NCBI GenBank assembly: GCA_963725665.1
Contig: CAVRZA010000005.1
Coordinates: 1-11,752 of the forward strand
DNA length: 11,752 nt
Direction: 5' to 3'
Source of the DNA: an uncultured Actinomycetes bacterium
GTDB lineage: Bacteria; Actinomycetota; Thermoleophilia; UBA2241
The position numbers and the translations under genes were made by a program. Below are positions 1-7,489 of the stretch, piece after piece. Position 1 is the stretch's first letter; each line of letters opens with the position of its first letter. The notes below the pieces were generated by a model that saw only the letters and a program-made list of their open reading frames with translations, had not been told where the DNA came from and ran no database searches.

Positions 1-1
1 C

Positions 2-1774
2 CTCGCGCACGGGCGTCCGGAGTTGCTGGCCGAGGCGGGCGCGCCGCCGCTCGCGGTCGTCGCGGGCGGCGGCGCGCCCGCCTCCTCCCTGCTCCCCAAG
101 CTCGAGGCCGCCGTAGGCGAGCGTAAGACGGTCGTCTTCGACTACTACGCCATCGAGCGCGACGAGACGTTGACACGGACCGTCGACCCCTACAGTCTGC
201 TGCTGGTCGGCGACGAATGGTACCTGCTGGCGTGGTGCCACCTGCGTGAGGCGGTGCGCACCTTTCGCCTCTCGCGCATCCGCTCGCGCGTGCGGCACGC
301 GACGCGCGCGCCGCACGACTTCGCGCCGCCGTCGCGCTTCGAGCTGGCCGACTACCTCGACCGCGCTCCTTGGCAGCTCGGCGGTGTGCGAGGCGAGGCC
401 AAGGTGCGCATCGACGGCGACATGGCCTGGTGGGTGGAGGCTCACTTCGCCGGCAACGGCGCCCTCGAGCGTCTGCCCGACGGGGCGGTGCGCTTCGCGA
501 CCGCGTACAGCTCCGGCCCGCAACTCGTCAATTGGGTGCTGGGCCTCGGCGAGGCCGCCGAGCTCGAGGCGCCGGCCGAGCTGCGCTCACTGCTGGTGGC
601 TCAGTTGCACCTCCTGGGCCGGCGCCTCGACGCGCCGCCGGCCGTCGACGAAGCGCGACTCGAGGCGGCCTTGCGGCTCGCCGCCGGCGCCGCTGCAGGC
701 GAGGGCGGCGGAGCGAAGACCGGCGCCAGCGGACCTCGAAGCATGGACCGTGCCCGGGCCGCCGGCGAGGGTGGCGACTGGCACGTCGAGGCCGACCGCT
801 TCACGCGCCTCTCGACGCTGCTCACCTACCTCCTGCGCTCGTGCCGCGAGGGCGAGGAGGGCGACCTCGACCCCGCCCGCGTGGCGGCCGATCTCGAGGT
901 CCCGCTCGACGACCTCAAGGCCGACGTGCGCCTGCTCAACCTGGTCAACTTCGGCGGCGACGGCGCCATCGTCTACGCCGAGTTCGAGCGCGGCCGGCTG
1001 CACGTCACCTGCGACCTCGCCGGGCCCGCGTTCGCCAACCCCGCGCGCCTCTCGCCGCTGCAGGCCGACGTCCTGCTGTTGGCCGTGGAGCTCGTCGGCG
1101 GCCAGCTCCCGGTGAAACATGGAGCGGCGCTGCGCGCGGCGGCCGCCAAGCTGGCCGCCGCGCGCAGCGCCACGTCGCCCGCGCTGGGCACCGCCGACGC
1201 CCTTCCCCTCGAGGAGGGGGTGCTCGACGCGGTCAACGACGCCATCCGCAAGCGGCGTCTGCTCCAGATAGAGTACTGGTCGGAGGGCACCGGGCGCAGC
1301 ACAAGGCGAGTCGTCGAGCCGTATCTGCTCGTGCGCAGCCGCGGCGAGTGGTACTACGTCAGCTACTGCCGCACTTCGGAAGGCCGGCGCACGTTCCGGG
1401 TGGCCACGACGAAGAGCGTCCGCGTGCTCGAGGAGCGTTTCCCGCCGCGCGCCGACATGGAGCTCGACCTCTACCGCCGCGAGGGCATCCCAGGCAGCGA
1501 ACGGTACGCCTCGCGTACGGCGGCGGTCTGGTACGCTCAGACCGTGCGGCGCTGGATCGAGGAACGTCAGCCGGTCGAGGCGCTGCCCGACGGGTCCTGC
1601 GTGGCCGCCCAACCCTACGTCGGCGAGCACTGGCTGGTGGCGCACTTGCTGCCCTTCGGCGGCGAGGCGGTGCCGCTCGTGCCGCGGGCCGCGACGGCCG
1701 CGCTGCGCGCGGCCGTCGCGGCCCTTCTCGCGCGCTACGAGCGCGCCGACGCGCCCGCGGACACGTCGACGTGA
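2..1774 (+). CDS. pafBC: Fused PafB/PafC-like WYL-domain transcriptional regulator (WYL-WCX-linker-HTH-WYL-WCX); 5'-partial, N-terminal HTH presumably upstream of the window
   Basis: The frame is open from base 2, so TTG at 23 is unlikely to be the true start. WYL1: FDYY..RTVDPYSLL..EWYLLAWCHLREAVRTFRLSRI, followed by a WCX-like segment (LVNWVLGLGEAAELEAPAELR). After an Ala/Gly linker comes a PafC-like HTH (DRFTRLSTLLTYLL..VAADLEVPLDDLKADVRLL, then PARLSPLQA). WYL2: IEYWS..RRVVEPYLL..EWYYVSYC..RRTFR, followed by a second WCX. Assigned by motif recognition only. Confidence 0.88.
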   Translation, partial: LAHGRPELLAEAGAPPLAVVAGGGAPASSLLPKLEAAVGERKTVVFDYYAIERDETLTRTVDPYSLLLVGDEWYLLAWCHLREAVRTFRLSRIRSRVRHATRAPHDFAPPSRFELADYLDRAPWQLGGVRGEAKVRIDGDMAWWVEAHFAGNGALERLPDGAVRFATAYSSGPQLVNWVLGLGEAAELEAPAELRSLLVAQLHLLGRRLDAPPAVDEARLEAALRLAAGAAAGEGGGAKTGASGPRSMDRARAAGEGGDWHVEADRFTRLSTLLTYLLRSCREGEEGDLDPARVAADLEVPLDDLKADVRLLNLVNFGGDGAIVYAEFERGRLHVTCDLAGPAFANPARLSPLQADVLLLAVELVGGQLPVKHGAALRAAAAKLAAARSATSPALGTADALPLEEGVLDAVNDAIRKRRLLQIEYWSEGTGRSTRRVVEPYLLVRSRGEWYYVSYCRTSEGRRTFRVATTKSVRVLEERFPPRADMELDLYRREGIPGSERYASRTAAVWYAQTVRRWIEERQPVEALPDGSCVAAQPYVGEHWLVAHLLPFGGEAVPLVPRAATAALRAAVAALLARYERADAPADTST

Positions 1775-1784
1775 GGGGAAGGCC

Positions 1785-1997
1785 ATGGGAGTGATCTGGC
1801 TCACCGTCTTCGCGGTACAGCTGGTGCTCTGCCTGTACCTCGGCTCCCGCGTGGCCAAGAAGACGGGGCGCTCGCTCCTCAACTGGCTCTTCGTCGGCTT
1901 CCTCGCCGCAATCGCACCCATCGTCGGCCCGGTCCTGATGATCGTGTGCGCCCTCTGGTACCCGCCCAAGATGCCCTCCGGCCGGTGGCCCTGGTGA
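1785..1997 (+). CDS. Small hypothetical membrane protein (70 aa, 2 or 3 hydrophobic segments)
   Basis: ATG lies 10 nt after the upstream stop, with purine-rich GAGGGGAAGG before it. Codons mostly end in G/C. Hydrophobic runs flank a basic loop (RVAKKTGRS), and the C-terminus is Pro/Trp-rich. Confidence 0.8.
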   Translation: MGVIWLTVFAVQLVLCLYLGSRVAKKTGRSLLNWLFVGFLAAIAPIVGPVLMIVCALWYPPKMPSGRWPW

Positions 1998-2090
1998 ACT
2001 TGGCCTTGGTGGCTGCCGCTCTAGGGCGCCAACCCCCACGAGCACAAGGCGACCCCCCGCCCAGGAGGGGGAGCTAAAGGAGAGGCGAGG

Positions 2091-3425
2091 ATGGCCGACG
2101 CGTGGGTGCTCAACGGACCGCGGCGTATCGCGCTCGACGCCGAGCGCCTGGCCGCACGCGCCGCGACGCTCGACGTCGAGCCCGCTCCTCACCTCACCCA
2201 GCTGCCGGAGATTCACGCCGCCATCGCCGACGCCCTGGCCCATCCCGTCGACTCGCCTCGCCTGCGCGAGCTGGCCCGCGGCGCCCGACGGGTCGTCATC
2301 GCCATCCCCGATGGGAGCCGGCCCTGCCCGACCTTCCTCCTGCTCCCGGCGCTCCTCGACGAGCTGAACGCCGCCGGGGTGACCGACGATCAGGTGCAGG
2401 TGATGGTGGCCTGCGGCGTGCACCGGGCGACAACCACCGAGGAGAAGGCCGCGCTGGCCGGAGGCGCGGCGTCGAGCCGGGTCACGGTGACCGATGCGCA
2501 AGGCCTGCGGCAGGTCAACGTCTTCCTGAACCAGACGCGCCACCGCGCACCGGCGTTCATGAACCTGCAGCTCGCGCGTGCCGACCTCGTCGTCGCTGTG
2601 GGCATCGTTGAGCCCCACCTCTACGCCGGCTTCTCGGGCGGCGCCAAGACGGTCGCCATCGGCTGCGCCGGTGCGCGCACCATCGCCTGGACGCACCATC
2701 CGCGCTTTCTCGACCAGCCCGGCGTCGAGCTCGGACGGCTCGCGGGCAATCCCTTCCAGGAGGCCGTTCGAGAGCTCGCGGCGATGACGTCGCTGCGCTT
2801 CGCCTTCGACGCCGTGGTCGACACGCAGGGACACGCGGTCGCGCTGGCCGCCGGCGAGCCCAGCGCGGCACAGGCAGAGCTCGCCGGCGGCGAGCGCGAC
2901 GCCTGGCTACGCACCGTGCAGGGCCGCTACGACCTCGTCGTCGCCGGCTTGCCGGCGCCCAAGAACGAGAGCCTCTACCACGCGACGCGGGCGGCGACCT
3001 ACCTCGCGCTGGGCGACCGCTCGCCGGTCGCCGACGAGGGTCTCATACTGCTCTGCGCCAGTGTCGAGAAGGGTGTCGGCGACGGGCCCGGCGAAGCCAA
3101 CTTCGGCGCGCTGATGGCCGGGGCCGAGCGGCCCGAGACGCTGCTCGAACGCGGTCGGCGCGGCGAGCCGCTCGGCCCCGGCGGCCAGCGCGCCTACATG
3201 ATGGCCAAGGTCCTTGCGCGTTGCCGCGCGGGTGTACTGCAGCCGGCCGACGAAGCGCTGTGCCGGACCCTCGGCCTCGTCGCCTTCACCTCCGTCGAGC
3301 AAGCGATCGAGGACACGGCACGACGCTTGGGTCACCCGCCGCGGGTCCTCGTCGTGAGCGACGGGATCGGCACGATCGTCCACTCCTCCGGCGTCTCGCC
3401 GGACGACGGCGCATCCTCGTCCTAG
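2091..3425 (+). CDS. larA: LarA-superfamily nickel-pincer-nucleotide-dependent 2-hydroxyacid racemase/epimerase (DUF2088); substrate uncertain
   Basis: SD AAAGGAG at 2076-2082. LarA motifs: IPDGSRP (D74, R77), ACGVHR (H111), GIVEPHLYAGFSGGAK (H176, K186), WTHH (H202) and GNP. Spacing matches L. plantarum LarA D72/R75/H108/H174/K184/H200 as I recall them. Confidence 0.88.
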   Translation: MADAWVLNGPRRIALDAERLAARAATLDVEPAPHLTQLPEIHAAIADALAHPVDSPRLRELARGARRVVIAIPDGSRPCPTFLLLPALLDELNAAGVTDDQVQVMVACGVHRATTTEEKAALAGGAASSRVTVTDAQGLRQVNVFLNQTRHRAPAFMNLQLARADLVVAVGIVEPHLYAGFSGGAKTVAIGCAGARTIAWTHHPRFLDQPGVELGRLAGNPFQEAVRELAAMTSLRFAFDAVVDTQGHAVALAAGEPSAAQAELAGGERDAWLRTVQGRYDLVVAGLPAPKNESLYHATRAATYLALGDRSPVADEGLILLCASVEKGVGDGPGEANFGALMAGAERPETLLERGRRGEPLGPGGQRAYMMAKVLARCRAGVLQPADEALCRTLGLVAFTSVEQAIEDTARRLGHPPRVLVVSDGIGTIVHSSGVSPDDGASSS

Positions 3426-3435
3426 CCCGCGGCTC

Positions 3436-3461
3436 GTTACCGCCAGGTCGGCCACGGGAAG
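3436..3461 (+). promoter_or_regulatory. Possible SigB/SigF-type (general stress sigma) promoter for the site-2 protease
   Basis: GTTA(3436-3439)-N16-GGGAAG(3456-3461) in the 93-bp intergenic gap resembles the GTTT-N14-17-GGGWAW consensus. Both boxes are imperfect. Confidence 0.3.
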
Positions 3462-3518
3462 AGTAGTGGTGCTTTCACGACCGGTGTCGCCGGTCGGGCG
3501 CTTCAAGGGAGCGACAGG

Positions 3519-4760
3519 ATGAAGACGAGTCTCCGCATCGCCCGTCTCTTCGGCATCGACGTGTACGTGCACGCGAGCTGGTTCGTCATCCTGTCCGTCG
3601 TCGCGGTCTCGCTGGCCGTCAGCGTCTTCCCCGCCATCTACCCCTGGTGGAGCACCCCCACCACCTACGCTGTGAGCGCTGTCGCGGCCCTGCTCCTCTT
3701 CGCCTCGGTGGTCGTGCACGAGCTGGCCCACTCGGTCGTCGCGCAGTCGCAGGGAATCCGCGTGAAGCACATCACGCTCTTCCTTCTCGGCGGCGTCTCC
3801 GCCCTCGAGGAGGAGCCGAGGTCGCCGGGCGGCGAGGCCTTCATGGCCGCGATCGGCCCGCTCTCGAGCCTCGCGATCGCCGGCCTTTGCCTTGCGGCGG
3901 CGGCGCTCGCGACGCTGCCCGAAGCCGTCGCGGCAATCGTCGTCTACCTGGGATGGATGAACCTCCTCCTGGCCGTCTTCAATCTGCTGCCGGGGTTCCC
4001 GCTCGACGGTGGGCGCGTGCTGCGCGCGCTCCTTTGGGCGCGCACGCACGACTTCGTCAAGGCGACCCGCTGGGCGGCACGCACGGGACACGTCTTCGGC
4101 TACGTCCTCATCGCCGGCGGGATCGTGATGTTCTTCTCGAGCCCCGCGGCCGGCCTGTGGACCGGCTTCATCGGCTGGGTGCTCACACAGGCCTCGCAGG
4201 CGAGCTACGCACAGTCGGTGCAGTCACGCGTCCTGGAGGGCGTGAGCGCCGGGCGCATCATGTCGGCGCCCGGCGCGAGCATCCCGCCCGAGATCACACT
4301 CGAGGCCGCCGTCGAGCGCTACTTCTGGAGAGGCGACAGCCGCTGCTTTCCCGTGCAGGACGGCGTGCAGAGCGTCGCCGGCGTCGTCTGCCTCGACGAC
4401 TTGCATCGCAGCAGACGCGCGGCATGGGGCGACGACCGTGTCCGTGAGGTCATGACGCCGTGGAAGGACGTCGTCAGCGTGAGCCCGGAGACGCCGGCCA
4501 CCGAGGCGGTACGACTGATGGGCGAGACCCACGTCGACCGCGTCGCGGTCATGCACGGCGACCACCTGGTCGGCTTCGTCGACCGCGCGGCGATCCTGCG
4601 TCACATCGAGCTCTCAAGCTCCCGCTACCGTGACCGCGGACGCGGTCTTCAGAGCGAAGACGAGTCCGGGCCGGGAGGCGATCGAACACCCGACCCGAAG
4701 CAGGGCGAGCACGGCACCGACGCCGGTCCGGGGTCGGGCGAAGAAGCTAACGCAGCTTGA
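3519..4760 (+). CDS. Site-2 protease (peptidase M50) intramembrane zinc metalloprotease with a C-terminal CBS pair
   Basis: SD AAGGGAG at 3505-3511. N-terminal LRIARLFGIDVYVHASW, HELAH zinc motif (3717-3731), LFLLGGVS, AAIGPLSS and FNLLPGFPLDGGR (third zinc ligand D163). Multiple TM segments, then CBS-like repeats (AGRIMS..FPV..GVV; VREVMTP..VSPET..LVGFVDR). Confidence 0.93.
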   Translation: MKTSLRIARLFGIDVYVHASWFVILSVVAVSLAVSVFPAIYPWWSTPTTYAVSAVAALLLFASVVVHELAHSVVAQSQGIRVKHITLFLLGGVSALEEEPRSPGGEAFMAAIGPLSSLAIAGLCLAAAALATLPEAVAAIVVYLGWMNLLLAVFNLLPGFPLDGGRVLRALLWARTHDFVKATRWAARTGHVFGYVLIAGGIVMFFSSPAAGLWTGFIGWVLTQASQASYAQSVQSRVLEGVSAGRIMSAPGASIPPEITLEAAVERYFWRGDSRCFPVQDGVQSVAGVVCLDDLHRSRRAAWGDDRVREVMTPWKDVVSVSPETPATEAVRLMGETHVDRVAVMHGDHLVGFVDRAAILRHIELSSSRYRDRGRGLQSEDESGPGGDRTPDPKQGEHGTDAGPGSGEEANAA

Positions 4761-7347
4761 GGACGACGACCGCCAGGTCGTCGTGCAAGTCGCCGCGCGC
4801 GTAGCGGCGCACGCGCTCGAGGAGGTCGCTCGTGATCGCCTTCGCCGGCTTGTCGAGCGAGGACCGCACGCCCTTGAGGAGCCGCCGCTCGCCGAAGAAG
4901 CCCTGCTCGCCGCGGGCCTCCGTGAACCCGTCCGTGTAGAGCACGACCGTCGTCTCCGAGGGCAGGATCACCCGGTTCGTCTCGTACACGGTCGGGAAGA
5001 TGCCGATCGGGTAGCTCCCCGACTTGCCGCAGGGCACCTCGTGCCTGCCACCCAGGATGAGCGGCCGGGGGTGGCCGGCCACCGCGAACTCGAAGAGGCG
5101 CGTGAGGAGGTCAAGGTACCCCACGACGAGGGTCGTCAGCGGCGTCTCTACCTCCTGGGCGAGCAGCGTCGCGTTGAGACGGGAGAGGCTCTCCCCCGGT
5201 GACCCCTCGGCGGCGTACGCGCGCAGCATGTAGCGCAGCTTGGCGATGAAGGCCTGCTGGTGATAGCCCAACCCGCAGAGGTCGCCGATGACGACCATCA
5301 ACTGCCCCTCGCGGAGCTTCACGAAGTCGTAGAAGTCGCCCCCGTGGTGCAGGTCGCCGGCCCACTCGCACCTCACGGCCGCGTCGAGACCGGGCATGAC
5401 CGGCGGCGTCACCAGCAGCGCGTCGAGAAACGTGCCCGCGAACTCGTGGTCGCGCTGGTAGGCGATCGCCCGCTCGAGACCGGCGCTCAAGTGGGCGCCC
5501 AGCGTGGTCGCCAGGGCCATGTCCTCTTCGTTGAACCCCGCCTGGCTCTCGTCGCGCGCGAAGACCAGCGACCCGCCGGGACCAAGACGCCCCGGAGCGA
5601 GCGGCACGACGAGCAGGCGACCGTCGGCGGGCAGCGAGGCGCGCGCCGGCCCCGCGGGGAGTGACCCGTCAAGCAACGCGGGCAGCCGAGCAAGCCACAG
5701 GTCGCCTCGCAGCGGTTCCTCGCCGGCGCCGCCGGCAGCCGTCTCGCCGACGGTCGCCTGCAGCCTCACCGCCTGCCCTTCGCGGCTCACGACGGCGCCG
5801 TGAGGGGCGTCGAGCAGCTCCGACCCTCCGGCGATCACCTCGTCCAGTATCGCCTGCGGGTCGACGAGCTGGTTCACGGCGAGAGCGATCTCCTGCAGGG
5901 CGCGCAGCTGGGTGGTGAGCAGCTGCAGGCGGTGCGTCGTCCGGTGCTCGGCGCCGAACAGGCGCGCGTTGTCGATGGCGAGGGCGGCGGATTGGGCGAT
6001 CGCCGCAGCGAGGTCGGCGTCCTCCCCGGTGAAGGAGTGCGACTCGCGGTTGTCGTAGAGCTCGACGATGCCGATGACCTTGTCCCTCACCTTCAACGGC
6101 ACCGTCACCTGCGAGCGATGGCCGTCGGCGACCATCAGGCGACGCTCCTTGGGGTTCACGCGCGAGTCGGTGACGCCGACGACGATGACCTGACCCTTGG
6201 CCACCACCTCACTGGTCACGTTGTAGTCAGCGAGAACGAACTTCATCCCGATGCTGTTGCGGGTGGAGGAACCGTATGAGGCGACACGGCGGACGGTCTC
6301 GCCCGCATCCTCGAGCACGTAGATGTTGCACTCGTCGACCTGGAGCACCTCGACGAGACGCATGACCACAGTCTGCAGCACGTCGCCGAGGTCGAGGCTC
6401 GACGCGAAGCTCAAGCTCGATTCGACGACGAGCGAGAGGTCGTGACGCTTGGCCTCGAGCTCGTTCAAGAGGCGAACATTGTCGATGGCGACGGCGGCAT
6501 GGCCGGCCACCGCGGAGACGAAGCGCAGCTGCTCCGACGTCAGGGGTTCGGCACCCGCGGGGCGGTTCAGCACGATGACGCCTAGGTCCTGACCGAAAGC
6601 ACGGAGCGGCACGACGAGCAGCTTCCCCAGGCCGTGCGCTGCGACGACGTCGGCGCGGGCGCGCTCGTCACCGGCCGTGTCGATCACGAGCACCGGCTCG
6701 TCGCTCTCGAGCGCCTCGATGCCGAGTGCAAAGCCCTCGTACGGTGACCGCGTGTCGCGGGCGGCGACCTCCCGGCCGTACCCGGCAAGCCCTATCCACT
6801 CGCCCTCCCGCAGGAGCAGAAGGATACCGGCGTCGGCGCCGACTTGGGCGCCGACACGCTCGACCGTGTACTGCACCACCTCGTCGAGGTCGGCGCGGCT
6901 GTTGGACAGTTCGATGATGCCGGCAGTCGCCTCGGCGAGCTCAGCCCGCAGCACCGCCCGTCGAGACACACGCTCGACCTGATGCTGCAGGCGCGCGAAC
7001 GAGATGAGGCTGATGGCCGCGAAACAGCCGAACAGAACGAGCATGAGCTCCACGCCGCCGGTCCGCTGCTGTTCCACCATGACGGCCACGGTCAGTATCA
7101 GGCAAAGCATGGCCAGAACGGCCGCGAAGCGTTCACGGAACACGAAGGCGACCAGAGTCAGCGGCACGAGATAGAAGCCGGCGAGGGGATAGCCGGGTAG
7201 AGTGACATCCAGCACGAAGACGGCGGCCACGAGGGAGAAGGCCAACGCGAGCACCGCGCGGCGATGGGCACGCAGCCACGCGACGCGACGGACGAGCCAT
7301 GGGAACCGGCGTCCGCCCAAGGTGGTGTTCGGCAGCGATACGGCCAA
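4747..7347 (-). CDS. Membrane-anchored GAF-domain PP2C/SpoIIE-family (RsbU-like) Ser/Thr phosphatase
   Basis: 866-aa ORF with about 4 N-terminal TM helices and three GAF-like repeats (LLVVPLRAFGQDLGVIVLN..AAVAIDNVRL; VTVPLKVRDKVIGIVEL..AALAIDNARL; LLVVPL..FNEEDMALATTLG). C-terminal PP2C motifs: GGDFYD, VIGDLCG, AGHPRP, LYTDGFTEA, FGERRL, DDLAVVV. TTG start follows GGGGGGTG; the exact start is uncertain. Confidence 0.92.
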   Translation of the reverse strand: MAVSLPNTTLGGRRFPWLVRRVAWLRAHRRAVLALAFSLVAAVFVLDVTLPGYPLAGFYLVPLTLVAFVFRERFAAVLAMLCLILTVAVMVEQQRTGGVELMLVLFGCFAAISLISFARLQHQVERVSRRAVLRAELAEATAGIIELSNSRADLDEVVQYTVERVGAQVGADAGILLLLREGEWIGLAGYGREVAARDTRSPYEGFALGIEALESDEPVLVIDTAGDERARADVVAAHGLGKLLVVPLRAFGQDLGVIVLNRPAGAEPLTSEQLRFVSAVAGHAAVAIDNVRLLNELEAKRHDLSLVVESSLSFASSLDLGDVLQTVVMRLVEVLQVDECNIYVLEDAGETVRRVASYGSSTRNSIGMKFVLADYNVTSEVVAKGQVIVVGVTDSRVNPKERRLMVADGHRSQVTVPLKVRDKVIGIVELYDNRESHSFTGEDADLAAAIAQSAALAIDNARLFGAEHRTTHRLQLLTTQLRALQEIALAVNQLVDPQAILDEVIAGGSELLDAPHGAVVSREGQAVRLQATVGETAAGGAGEEPLRGDLWLARLPALLDGSLPAGPARASLPADGRLLVVPLAPGRLGPGGSLVFARDESQAGFNEEDMALATTLGAHLSAGLERAIAYQRDHEFAGTFLDALLVTPPVMPGLDAAVRCEWAGDLHHGGDFYDFVKLREGQLMVVIGDLCGLGYHQQAFIAKLRYMLRAYAAEGSPGESLSRLNATLLAQEVETPLTTLVVGYLDLLTRLFEFAVAGHPRPLILGGRHEVPCGKSGSYPIGIFPTVYETNRVILPSETTVVLYTDGFTEARGEQGFFGERRLLKGVRSSLDKPAKAITSDLLERVRRYARGDLHDDLAVVVLKLR

Positions 7348-7435
7348 CTCACACCCCCCGCGACATCACGTGACGCCGTCGCCCGCTCCGGACGGCGCGA
7401 GAGGAGCGGCCGCCACGGCATGTCGCCGCGGAGCA

Positions 7436-7464
7436 AGCTTACGCCGCTGGTACTGGGCCGACAA
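7436..7464 (-). promoter_or_regulatory. Sigma-70/SigA-type promoter of the phosphatase gene
   Basis: The minus strand reads TTGTCG (7464-7459), 17 nt, TAAGCT (7441-7436): canonical spacing and a TANNNT -10 box, in the intergenic gap. Confidence 0.6.
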
Positions 7465-7489
7465 TAGGGCCCCAAGGCACCGGAGCGGC

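Noticed and set aside
1-2000. WYL protein as the regulator of an anti-phage or CRISPR defence island
   Set aside because: The architecture is PafBC-type. No cas, restriction, toxin, integrase or transposase genes, repeat arrays or compositional shift are visible in the window.
1998-2090. larA leader as a nickel/cobalt or other riboswitch
   Set aside because: It has only short imperfect pairings (GCCTTG 2003-2008 / CAAGGC 2045-2050; C6/G5 runs) and no riboswitch consensus I recognise. Such pairing is expected at this GC content.
3478-3496. Hairpin as an intrinsic terminator for larA
   Set aside because: It is a 7-8 bp stem with no U-tract on either strand, so it cannot be supported as a terminator.
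246-4091. Long alternative-frame and antisense ORFs (246-1115, 370-1794, 587-1969, 1359-2834, 2907-4091)
   Set aside because: These are Arg/Ala/Pro-rich shadow ORFs overlapping well-supported genes, typical of stop-poor high-GC DNA, and they contain no motifs.
7458-7464. TTGTCGG on the minus strand as a PafBC (RecA-NDp) element
   Set aside because: The PafBC motif needs TGTCGG-N10-TANNNT. Here the -10 box is 16 nt after TGTCGG, which fits an ordinary -35 with a 17-nt spacer.
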